Of a DNA stretch of 64,000 nt, positions 1-8,343 are shown piece after piece. The stretch covers positions 54,597 through 118,596 of the forward strand of contig JAMPIG010000002.1 in NCBI GenBank assembly GCA_023662875.1. The letters run 5' to 3'. The first letter of the stretch is position 1, and the number at the start of each line of letters is the position of its first letter. Made by a program: the position numbers and the translations under genes. Source of the DNA: Roseburia sp. Lineage in GTDB: Bacteria > Bacillota > Clostridia > Lachnospirales > Lachnospiraceae. The notes beneath the pieces were generated by a model. It did no database searches and was not told the DNA's origin. It saw only the letters and a list, made by a program, of their open reading frames with translations.

Positions 1-1
1 T

Positions 2-178
2 TCGATTGGGACGGTAACGCTGACCGGGGAAGATACGGAATGGAGGACAGTGGTTATGAAGTATCCGGTGCGGATTCCGGGAACCACCTTCCTTCTGAAG
101 ACCTTCTTTGCGCAGAGCGGTATGGAGATTCGGGAGCTGAAAATCTCGAAGGCGGAAGAAAAGCAAAAGACCGAATAG
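2..178 (+). CDS. 3' end of a gene truncated by the window edge (product unknown)
   Basis: Open frame SIGTVTLTGEDTEWRTVVMKYPV...KAEEKQKTE ending in TAG at 176-178 and followed by a strong hairpin. Confidence 0.6.
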   Translation, partial: SIGTVTLTGEDTEWRTVVMKYPVRIPGTTFLLKTFFAQSGMEIRELKISKAEEKQKTE

Positions 179-195
179 CGGCAAGGCGAAACGAG

Positions 196-246
196 CCCGC
201 GGAAATTCAGGGATTTTGACAACCTGAATTTCCGCGGGTATTTTTC
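196..246 (+). terminator. Intrinsic terminator-like hairpin
   Basis: Perfect 16-bp inverted repeat CCCGCGGAAATTCAGG (196-211) / CCTGAATTTCCGCGGG (223-238) followed by a T-rich tract. Confidence 0.7.
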
Positions 247-340
247 GTGATATCAAAATCAAAAAGCAGAGTCTATCATCCAAATTTTATTATTTCAATA
301 TCAGGGGTAAAAAATTTTGCTGTGAAATGAAAAAAACCTG

Positions 341-383
341 TTGACAGCTAACTGATTATGCTGTATATATAACATATGAACAG
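341..383 (+). promoter_or_regulatory. Sigma-A promoter with overlapping YtrA-type palindromic operator
   Basis: TTGACA (341-346), N17, TATATA (364-369); imperfect palindrome CTGTATATATAACATATGAACAG (361-383) overlaps the -10, as expected for GntR/YtrA autoregulation. Confidence 0.7.
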
Positions 384-401
384 TTGAAAGAGGTGGCCAC
401 T

Positions 402-776
402 TTGAAACTATTACAAAATTCAGGAGTTCCGATTTATCAGCAGATAGCGGATCAATTAAGAGCTGATATTCTGGCAGGCAAGCTGAAGGAAGGGGATTAT
501 CTCCCCTCGATCCGGGGGCTGGCAAGGGATCTGAAGATCAGCGTGATTACGACGATGAAAGCGTATGAGCAGCTGGCGGAGGAGGGTCTTGTGACGGCGG
601 CGCAGGGAAAGGGGTTTTATGTAAACGCCCAGGACAGCGAGATGCTGCGGGAACAGCACGCCAGAAAGGTAGAGGAAGCCTTGTCGGAGGCGATCAGGGC
701 GGCGAAGGTCGCGGGGATAGGGAACGAGGAGCTGAAAGAAACCCTGGACGCGCTGCTGCGGCTGGAAAACGCATAA
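402..776 (+). CDS. GntR family (YtrA subfamily) transcriptional regulator
   Basis: PIYQQI...LPSIRGLARDLKISVITTMKAYEQL winged HTH; short protein upstream of an ABC exporter; TTG start at 402 with GAGGTG RBS. Confidence 0.9.
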   Translation: MKLLQNSGVPIYQQIADQLRADILAGKLKEGDYLPSIRGLARDLKISVITTMKAYEQLAEEGLVTAAQGKGFYVNAQDSEMLREQHARKVEEALSEAIRAAKVAGIGNEELKETLDALLRLENA

Positions 777-801
777 AATCGGAATGGAAAAGGAGATCGA
801 T

Positions 802-1680
802 ATGGAAGTAAACAGTGTTGTCAAAGGAGAAAACATACTGAAAAAATTTAAGGGCTTTGAGCTTTCCGTGCCGCAGCTGCGGATCCCGAAGGGCTACGCT
901 ACGGCGCTGATCGGGGAGAACGGCGCGGGAAAAACGACGCTTCTGAATCTGCTGACGGGAATCCGCCTGGATTTCAAGGGCGTTATCCGCTATTTTGATA
1001 AAGAGGAAAAGCTGAGCGGAAGCGTGCAGGAGCGCATCGGCTACACCGGCCCGGGGAATTATTTCCTGCCTCATTGGACGATCTGGCAGGTAGAGGAGGT
1101 CAGCGAGGTTTTATTTCAGAATTTTCATAAAGACAGATTTCGGGAAATCTGCGAGGAGCTGAATATTCCGGTGAAGGCGGCGAAGGAGGTAAAAAATCTG
1201 TCCGACGGGAACCGGATTAAGCTGATGCTGGCGGTGGTGCTGGCTCGGGACACGGAGCTGCTGGTTTTGGACGAACCCGCGTCGCCGCTGGATCCGCTGA
1301 TGCGCGACAGGCTCTGCGATATCCTGCGGGACTATCTGGAAAAGGGAGGCGGGGAGCATTCGGTCTTCTTCTCCACCCACAATATTTCCGACATGGAGAA
1401 TGTGACGGATTACGTCATTATTCTGGAGCAGGGAAAGATCGTGGAGGAAGGCTTCACGGAGGAGCTGAAGGAAAAGTATGTCTCGGTCAAGGGAGAGGCG
1501 GGAGACGCCGCGGCGGCGGAGAAGATCCTGTTTACCATGTCGAAGAGCGCTTACGGCTTCGAGGGAATCTGCCTGGCGGAAAATATGGATCAGCTGGCGG
1601 GACTGGATATTTCCGTGGAGACGCCTACGCTGTCGCAGATCAGCGTGGCGGTCATGAAGGCGCACACGAAGCTGCGCTAA
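802..1680 (+). CDS. ABC transporter ATP-binding protein (exporter type)
   Basis: Walker A GENGAGKTT, signature LSDGNRIKL, Walker B LLVLDEP, H-loop STH; AGGAG RBS before ATG 802. Confidence 0.92.
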   Translation: MEVNSVVKGENILKKFKGFELSVPQLRIPKGYATALIGENGAGKTTLLNLLTGIRLDFKGVIRYFDKEEKLSGSVQERIGYTGPGNYFLPHWTIWQVEEVSEVLFQNFHKDRFREICEELNIPVKAAKEVKNLSDGNRIKLMLAVVLARDTELLVLDEPASPLDPLMRDRLCDILRDYLEKGGGEHSVFFSTHNISDMENVTDYVIILEQGKIVEEGFTEELKEKYVSVKGEAGDAAAAEKILFTMSKSAYGFEGICLAENMDQLAGLDISVETPTLSQISVAVMKAHTKLR

Positions 1681-1707
1681 AGGTGCAAAGATTTTCTAAG
1701 CGGCCAA

Positions 1708-1756
1708 GAGGGGGCGTAGCCCACCTCTTTGAGGGGGAGCAGCCCACCTCTTTGAG
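1708..1756. repeat. Two tandem 23-bp units, each hairpin-forming
   Basis: GAGGGGGCGTAGCCCACCTCTTT (1708-1730) and GAGGGGGAGCAGCCCACCTCTTT (1731-1753). Confidence 0.8.
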
Positions 1757-1819
1757 CAGGCGTTCTTCCGGGTTCGCATAAATTGTTTGTGCCGCCGCAA
1801 GCGGCATGGAGGTATCGAA

Positions 1820-2572
1820 ATGAGTATCGGAAAGAGAATAAAAAGCTATTGGGTATTTACCAGTCTGTGGTATCGGCTGATTTTGTACCTGGCGGTTCCG
1901 CTGGCTATGGCGGGGGTTGTCTGGGCTTACGGATGGGCGACGGGAATTTATAGTCTCCTGCCGGTGATATTGCTTCTGATCCTGGTAGAGGTTCTGGCGG
2001 ATCATTGGTTCCTGGGAGGGATTCAGGAGAAGGGCGCGGAGAAGCTGGATTACCTGAAAACCTCTCCCAGGGGAATGGAGGTTATGAAGAGCGCTCTGAT
2101 TCTGGATCTTGCGAGGCGGTTTCTGGAGACACTGGCAATCCTTGTTATCTGCTGTCTGCTGTGCGGATACATGATGACGGGAGGAACCGGCGGACTTGTG
2201 AGAATAGTTATTTCCGGAATGATCGGCGGAAACGCGGAATTAAATGTATCCGGAGCGCTTGAGGCGGTGGGCGGAGCCGCAGAGATCGGCCTATCCGGGG
2301 CGATCGGCAGACTGGCGCTTCAGGCGTTTACGATCTACGGTTTTTCTGTGGCAGGTACGGTTATCACAAGATTCGGAAGCACTTTACAGATCAATTTGAT
2401 TGCGGGGTATATCGCGGCGCTTCTCGGTATTTTGTGCTGTGCCCTGACTGTGGCGGGAATCTGGCCGACAGAGCCGATCTGTTTTATTATGGCTTTCCTG
2501 AGTATCGCGTCCAGCGTCCTGGCGGTAAGAATCGCTATGAAGAGAGTGAAGGAGGGTTATTATGATAAGTGA
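1820..2572 (+). CDS. Integral membrane protein, probable ABC exporter permease
   Basis: About 6 hydrophobic segments; lies in the YtrA/ABC operon; GGAGGT RBS before ATG 1820. Confidence 0.75.
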   Translation: MSIGKRIKSYWVFTSLWYRLILYLAVPLAMAGVVWAYGWATGIYSLLPVILLLILVEVLADHWFLGGIQEKGAEKLDYLKTSPRGMEVMKSALILDLARRFLETLAILVICCLLCGYMMTGGTGGLVRIVISGMIGGNAELNVSGALEAVGGAAEIGLSGAIGRLALQAFTIYGFSVAGTVITRFGSTLQINLIAGYIAALLGILCCALTVAGIWPTEPICFIMAFLSIASSVLAVRIAMKRVKEGYYDK

Positions 2573-3239
2573 TCTGAAATTGGGGTTGAAGCTTTTAAGG
2601 TACGGGCATGGGGTAAAGAATACGGTCGTCTGTTCCATTCTCATAGTATTGCTGGGAATCATAGCGGCGGTGACGGATTTATTGAGTCTGAATACAGGGG
2701 GATTGAACTTTCCCATAGGATATTTTCTGATGCTGGGGGCTATGTTCGCCATACAGCTGTTTTATTCGGTCAACGCGGCGAACCTGATACAGTCCTCGCC
2801 CCTGAAAAAGAAGCTGCAGACGTCTGTTCCGGCGGTACTGATGACATTCATCGCAATGTGCGGTTATCTGATCTCGGTTTTGGCAGGGGCGGTCGGGCTT
2901 ATGATTGCGCCCGAGGCGGCGGGACATTTCTGCCAGCAGCTTTTGTACACGGTTTTGATTATGGCGACGATTCTGCTGTACGCGGCTGTGGCCTATAAGC
3001 TGTTTATCCTGAGTACGATCATGTTCTTTGTGATCTTTTTCTCCACTTTTATGTATTTTACCGACAATGGTTGGCTGAGGAGTCTGGGCGGAGGCACCGG
3101 GATGTTCTGGATGATTGCGGCGGCCGGGGTTGGGATCCTTCTGGTCTGCGGTTTCCTGTATTATCTGCTTTCTCTGGCGGTCTATAAGCGGCCGCTGTCG
3201 AAGAGGGCGCAGGCCGGGGCGCTGAGGCGGGAGATGTAG
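2562..3239 (+). CDS. Integral membrane protein, probable ABC-2-type permease
   Basis: About 6 TM segments; overlaps the previous gene by 11 nt; GGAGG RBS. Confidence 0.75.
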   Translation: MISDLKLGLKLLRYGHGVKNTVVCSILIVLLGIIAAVTDLLSLNTGGLNFPIGYFLMLGAMFAIQLFYSVNAANLIQSSPLKKKLQTSVPAVLMTFIAMCGYLISVLAGAVGLMIAPEAAGHFCQQLLYTVLIMATILLYAAVAYKLFILSTIMFFVIFFSTFMYFTDNGWLRSLGGGTGMFWMIAAAGVGILLVCGFLYYLLSLAVYKRPLSKRAQAGALRREM

Positions 3240-3281
3240 AGAGGAGGGCGATTGCGGCGGCCGAGTTTCGCGGAAAGGGAC

Positions 3282-3421
3282 GGCGGCTGCGGGCGGGCGT
3301 TCCCATGCGGACACGCTCTCGCTTGGGGGCGGAAGCGCAGCGGTACGTAAGCAGGCAGAGTACGCCTGCTAAGTACCGGCGTTCCGCACAGTCCGCCTGA
3401 GAACGCCCGCCCGCAGCCGCC
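3282..3421. repeat. 140-bp MITE/REP-like element with perfect 21-bp terminal inverted repeats
   Basis: GGCGGCTGCGGGCGGGCGTTC (3282-3302) is the exact reverse complement of 3401-3421; internal hairpin at 3341-3378. Confidence 0.75.
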
Positions 3422-3441
3422 TGCTACTTTGCCAGCTGACA

Positions 3442-3524
3442 TTCCCATGCGGATACGCTCTCGCTTGGGGGCGGACACGCAGCGGTGCTTGGCAGGCAAA
3501 GCACGCCTGCTAAGTACCGGCGTT
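3442..3524. repeat. Second, TIR-less copy of the internal ~84 bp of the element above
   Basis: TTCCCATGCGGA(C/T)ACGCTCTCGCTTGGGGGCGGA...GCCTGCTAAGTACCGGCGTT shared between 3300-3383 and 3442-3524. Confidence 0.85.
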
Positions 3525-4549
3525 TATACAGATTCCTCCCAGGCCGCCGTTTTTTCCAGATAGAAGAGAAGCTCCGCGGAGACTGTCGTTGTGTCCGGGG
3601 AAAACGGGGTGTCGATGGCATATCCTTTCAGCGGGAGGCCGTGCGTCCCTGTCTCTTGATCCGGCTTAAGCTGCATGATAAGAAAAGCGGCGCTTCCACT
3701 GTGAGTTTTCGGGTACGACTCTAAAAAGTCCCTGGAATAAAACTGCAGGCTGATATCCCTGCTGCACTCATACTCAATCCCGATATAGCACATTCCCTTC
3801 GGGCAGCTCTGCGTGAGCGCGGCATAGTAATTGCGTTCCATTTCCTGTAATTGCTCCTCTGTAAAGCGTTCCCGGTATTCCGCGTCGTCAAACCGCTTTC
3901 TGGCGTCCTCCCATACATCGATCAGCGTGACATTGTTTATGTGGCATTGCACCTTTTCCCCGTCATGGGCCGTAAATCGGAAGGAAAAAGGCTTTCCGAT
4001 CTCCAGGGTAATTGACTTTGCCCTGTTTAACAGATGCTTCTCAAAGATCGGCTCGTGCCTTATCGTAATCGGCATATCCTGAGAATATTTGGGGAGGCGC
4101 TTCAGGTTCGCGATAGTTAAAGTGATTAACTGCAGTCTGTCCCAATCTTCCTCCTTAAGCCAGTCCGGGATGCTCCAGCCGGCATCCATCATATCGAGAA
4201 ACAGCTTGATTTCCCCATAATTTTCAGAGGTCAGGTCATTGCCGCTGCCGCCCCGTATGCGCAGCTTTTTATTTCCAAGCCTAATTTCCCGCCAGCTGAA
4301 GGAGAGGGGACTTTCCGCCCCCTGTTCTTTCAGAAGCATTCGCTGTGTACGCTCCTTTTTTGGACTGCGCCTTTTCATGGAATTCGGATGGCAGGATCTG
4401 TTCGCCGGTTCAATTACGTAGAGCCTTGCCTCCTCTTCCAGCGTCATTCCGACTATATGATATTTTTTTCCGTCCCGTTCGAACGTTTTGCCAATCACAA
4501 GAAGATCCTTCCACTTTTTACTGACGCCTTCCAGGTGTGAAAATTGCAT
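3524..4549 (-). CDS. Hypothetical soluble protein (341 aa)
   Basis: Long ORF with GGAGG RBS; no motif recognised. Confidence 0.75.
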   Translation of the reverse strand: MQFSHLEGVSKKWKDLLVIGKTFERDGKKYHIVGMTLEEEARLYVIEPANRSCHPNSMKRRSPKKERTQRMLLKEQGAESPLSFSWREIRLGNKKLRIRGGSGNDLTSENYGEIKLFLDMMDAGWSIPDWLKEEDWDRLQLITLTIANLKRLPKYSQDMPITIRHEPIFEKHLLNRAKSITLEIGKPFSFRFTAHDGEKVQCHINNVTLIDVWEDARKRFDDAEYRERFTEEQLQEMERNYYAALTQSCPKGMCYIGIEYECSRDISLQFYSRDFLESYPKTHSGSAAFLIMQLKPDQETGTHGLPLKGYAIDTPFSPDTTTVSAELLFYLEKTAAWEESV

Positions 4550-4646
4550 ATCTGTGTCCTCCGATATAAAGACCTGTTTGTATATCTGTCATTTTCCGAT
4601 ACGAAAACCTGTTTGCGTACTTGTCGTCCTTTGATAAAAAACCTGC
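4544..4646. repeat. Three imperfect 34-35 bp tandem repeats filling the intergenic region
   Basis: Units 4544-4577, 4578-4612 and 4613-4646 share TTG...TGT...GATA...ACCTG. Confidence 0.7.
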
Positions 4647-4647
4647 G

Positions 4648-6645
4648 TCAACGGCGGCGATTCCCTTTTTTCCGCATAATCCTCCGAACCAGCTTTACAA
4701 TCAGCAGGATCAAAAGCGCAAGCAGCACGAGCAACAGCAGGACAACCAGCACAATAATGACCGCGTACTTATTGGGATTCCGGATCAGGTCGAGCAGGTT
4801 CCGGCTGTCCTCGACTACCTTGCGCCCGTGGAGGGAGCCGTAGAGCGCGGGGACGTTGGGGATTCCGTCGCCGTCGGTATCCGCGAAGGTCTCCAGATAT
4901 TCCGCGATAGCGACCCAGGCCTTCAGCTCCTGTCCGTCGGCGGTGACGATGATGGCATCCTCGATGTTTTCGATAGGAGTGCCGTCGGCGAACTTCGGCT
5001 GAATCGACAGGATGCCGAAGGAGACGTCGGTAACCGCTCCCAGCATCTGCCCGCTGTACAGGTCGCAGACCACGCGGTAGAGCCGGTCGTCCTCAATTTC
5101 GACGCGGTTTCCGGACTCGTCGGTGAGATAGCAGTCCGTGATTTTATTCAGAATAATCCGGTGAGGATTGAACGTGAAGCTCATGCCGGAGGTATAGAGC
5201 CTTGCGGCGGTCATCAGGTCGGACACGGAGGCGTCGATTTCCGCGCCGGTCTTCAGCTCCGCGCCAGTGAGATACATGCTGATCAGGGGATAACCGGCGA
5301 CGCCGTCCAGCCCGATTCCCAGCGAGTAGGCGTTAAAGACGTCCTCCACGGTAATATCCCCTGCCGCGAAGGTATCGCGGACGCAGCCGGAGGGCACAAG
5401 GGCGACCGCCACTGGGTTGGAATCCCCCGTATCGGCGTTGTCTACCGCGTATTGAAAGGAATCGGATAACAGGTTGCCCAGGTTATGATCCGTATGGGGA
5501 TAATACAGATCCTCGGAGGTCGCGAAGACAATGTCATTCTGCGCCAGTACACGATCCCTGGTATAGCCGAACCGGGAGAGGTAGGAGGAGTCCACAATTT
5601 CCATAAAGCTGTCGATTTTTTCCTGGGTCGGCTGGTCGGAAGCGATTTCCGGCAGAATCGGGATCAGGGAGTAGGAGGTCATCTCCCAGCGCCCGTCGCT
5701 CTTCCGGGACATGGAGAGGGAGCCCAGGTTCTTGCCATATTCTCCGCAGGAAACGATGTAGGTGTTGCCGTGGCGGATGGGCTGGGTCAGGGTGGTGTGG
5801 GTATGGCCGCTGATGATCAGGTCGATATCCGGCACGTTTTTCGCCAGGATCTCATCCTCGGATTTTTTCTCGTCCTCGCTGGTGCCGCTGTGGGAGACGC
5901 AGACGATCATATCTACGTTTTCCTCCGCCCTGATTTTCGCCACCGTCTCCGCGGCAGCCTCCGAGGCGTCCCGGAATTTCAGGACGCAGGTAGGGGCGCA
6001 GGCCAGGGAATCGACGCCGAAGACTCCCAGCACGGCAATTTTCAGGCCGCCCTTTGTCACGACGGTATAGTCCCGAAAGCCATAGGTATCGAAAGCGTCC
6101 TTAAGCAGCTGCTGTTCTGCGGAGAGTCCTTCCGCCTCCATGGTTTTCCAGTCCACATTGCAGAGCACGATAGACGGGACGGGTTCCCCGCTGGCCGCCG
6201 CGGCGTTCAGGGCCCCGGCCAGCCCGGCGGAGCGGTAGTCGAATTCATGGTTCCCCAGGGTAGTGACGTCGCAGCCTAAGGAACCCAGCATACGGAGCTC
6301 TGCGGCCTCGCTGTCGTATATGGTCTGTACCAGAGTCCCCATGGAAAAATCCCCGGCGTCCAGGATCAGCGTATCCGGATCTCGCTCTACGGCTTCATCG
6401 ATCAGCGTCTTGATCCGGGCAAAGCCGCCCAGGGTAGAAGCCTGGCCGTCCTCCACGGTGACGAAGCTGTCGAGGTGGGAATGCGTATCATGGGTAAAGA
6501 GGACATTCAGCTCCGCTGCGTCCGCGGGAGGCTGCGCCGCCTGACTGGCCGGACAAATCGAAACGAGGAGCAGGAGCGCCGCGGTCAGGCCGAGAGCGGC
6601 GCGCCGTAATATGGGTTTCAGGGAATGCTTCATAGGTGTCACCAT
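4648..6645 (-). CDS. Secreted, C-terminally anchored 5'-nucleotidase / UDP-sugar hydrolase family metallophosphoesterase
   Basis: Signal peptide; motifs HDTHSH, DAGDF, GNHEFD, SHSG and GHTH; C-terminal TM helix with basic tail. Confidence 0.9.
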   Translation of the reverse strand: MVTPMKHSLKPILRRAALGLTAALLLLVSICPASQAAQPPADAAELNVLFTHDTHSHLDSFVTVEDGQASTLGGFARIKTLIDEAVERDPDTLILDAGDFSMGTLVQTIYDSEAAELRMLGSLGCDVTTLGNHEFDYRSAGLAGALNAAAASGEPVPSIVLCNVDWKTMEAEGLSAEQQLLKDAFDTYGFRDYTVVTKGGLKIAVLGVFGVDSLACAPTCVLKFRDASEAAAETVAKIRAEENVDMIVCVSHSGTSEDEKKSEDEILAKNVPDIDLIISGHTHTTLTQPIRHGNTYIVSCGEYGKNLGSLSMSRKSDGRWEMTSYSLIPILPEIASDQPTQEKIDSFMEIVDSSYLSRFGYTRDRVLAQNDIVFATSEDLYYPHTDHNLGNLLSDSFQYAVDNADTGDSNPVAVALVPSGCVRDTFAAGDITVEDVFNAYSLGIGLDGVAGYPLISMYLTGAELKTGAEIDASVSDLMTAARLYTSGMSFTFNPHRIILNKITDCYLTDESGNRVEIEDDRLYRVVCDLYSGQMLGAVTDVSFGILSIQPKFADGTPIENIEDAIIVTADGQELKAWVAIAEYLETFADTDGDGIPNVPALYGSLHGRKVVEDSRNLLDLIRNPNKYAVIIVLVVLLLLVLLALLILLIVKLVRRIMRKKGNRRR

Positions 6646-6687
6646 ACCTTTCTTCTTATCTTTGTGCGTTGTCGATTGAAAAATGAA

Positions 6688-7812
6688 TTATATCTGCCTG
6701 CACTTCTCCACAATATCCGTCATCCGCCGCCACTTTCTTTCCATATCCTCAACCAGCTTGAACTGGGTTCTCGCCCGTTCCAGGTTATGATTTTCCCGAT
6801 GGATTTTAAAGTAGACGTCCCCCTCCAGATAGTCCGTCAGGAAGCGGAGCCCGCATTCATAGGTTATGATTTTCGCGCCCATGGGCAGAAGCCGGATCTC
6901 ATTTTCGGATAAGATATCGCCGCAGCCCTCCAGAAAGCCCTTTGTAAACGCCTCAAAGAGCGTCAGATCCAGCTCCACCAGATTCAGGTCGGTCTCGTCC
7001 TCGGCGGCGGTACTGGCGCCGAAGCGGATGGAGTCGCTGTAGTCATAGAGGGACAGGCCGGGCATCACCGTATCCAGATCGATAATGCAGAGGGCTTTTC
7101 GCGTCGCTTTGTCAAAGAGTATATTGTTCAGCTTCGTATCGTTATGGGTTACCCGCAGGGGCAGCTCGCCCTTTTGCAGAGCGTCCGTCAGAACGGAAGC
7201 CTCCTGCTGCCGGGTCAGGGCGAAGGCGATTTCCGGCGCGGCCAGGGAGGCCCGTCCCGCCCGATCCTCCTGAACCGCCCGCTGAAAGTCCCGGAAGCGG
7301 GAGACGGTGTTATGAAAATTCGGGATGGTTTCGTGGAGGGTTTCCGCCGGATAATCGGTCAGCATCCTCTGAAAGTTTCCAAATGCCGCGCCGCTGTCGT
7401 AAAAGTCCGCGGGGGTTTCCGCCTGATCCAGACAGAGCGTATCTTCGATATAAAAGAGAACGCGCCAGAAGTTATGGCTGGAATCCTCATAATAGCTTGC
7501 CCCGTCCGTCGTCCGGACAACGTTCAGCGTTTCCCGATCCGGGTCGCCGCCCCGGGCCAGGATGACGCCGCGCAGATATTCCGTGACATTTATCACGTTC
7601 TCCATCAGGAGCTGTGGATTTTTAAAAATATTGTGATTCATCCGCTGCAGAATGTAGCGTTTTTGTCCGCATCCTTCCGCCTCGCAGGTAATCAGGAAGG
7701 TATCGTTGATGTGGCCGCCGCCGTAGGGCTGGATTTCCAGCAGCCTGCCTTCCTGAAAATAATGTGAAATAACCTCCCGGATTTCGGCGTGAGCCGGATG
7801 GACTGTCTGCAT
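6688..7812 (-). CDS. Aminoglycoside-phosphotransferase-fold kinase, N-acetylhexosamine 1-kinase-like
   Basis: GGGHINDT, HNDTKLNNILFD (Brenner-type motif) and IIDLDTVMPG; probable ATG at 7812 with purine-rich RBS. Confidence 0.8.
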   Translation of the reverse strand: MQTVHPAHAEIREVISHYFQEGRLLEIQPYGGGHINDTFLITCEAEGCGQKRYILQRMNHNIFKNPQLLMENVINVTEYLRGVILARGGDPDRETLNVVRTTDGASYYEDSSHNFWRVLFYIEDTLCLDQAETPADFYDSGAAFGNFQRMLTDYPAETLHETIPNFHNTVSRFRDFQRAVQEDRAGRASLAAPEIAFALTRQQEASVLTDALQKGELPLRVTHNDTKLNNILFDKATRKALCIIDLDTVMPGLSLYDYSDSIRFGASTAAEDETDLNLVELDLTLFEAFTKGFLEGCGDILSENEIRLLPMGAKIITYECGLRFLTDYLEGDVYFKIHRENHNLERARTQFKLVEDMERKWRRMTDIVEKCRQI

Positions 7813-8190
7813 GGATGATTCCTGCCTTTCCCTGATTGAGTGCCCTTGATTCCTGATAAATTCTTGTGAAGCGCGAATTCTATTGCCTGAGCGATGCCTG
7901 TTCCTGCGAAGGGCAATACTCTGCCGCTTACAGCGGGATTGATGCCGGATGACAAAATGGCACATAATACCATATCTTATATCGGCAGAAAGGTCTGTCT
8001 TCATCAGGGGGGGAGAATTTATTTTATGCTTTTGTCCGCAAAATCCTGTGATTTTGCGGACTTTCGTTATAGAAGTCCTTACTCACAGCCCTGAACAACC
8101 GCTGTACGACGCCTGTGACCATAAGCGCCGGAACTGTTACGGCGGAATTATAAAAATGCCATAAAATAAGGGAAAGAAGGCAGGTGCTTG

Positions 8191-8219
8191 TTGAAATTGT
8201 AAGAAAAATCAAGTACAAT
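8191..8219 (+). promoter_or_regulatory. Sigma-A promoter for the GH3 gene
   Basis: TTGAAA-N17-TACAAT. Confidence 0.55.
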
Positions 8220-8343
8220 AGAAACCACAGAATTGATGTCTCCTGACGGAAGGGAGACCGGCGGGTCCGAGAAAAGCCAGGCGAAAAGGACATTGTCAGA
8301 AAAGCAACAGCCGCAGGAAACCCGCAGAAAGGGAAAAACGAAT

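Noticed and set aside
7813-7960. Riboswitch in the ~145-nt leader of the kinase gene
   Set aside because: I recognised no known aptamer consensus or terminator/antiterminator pair
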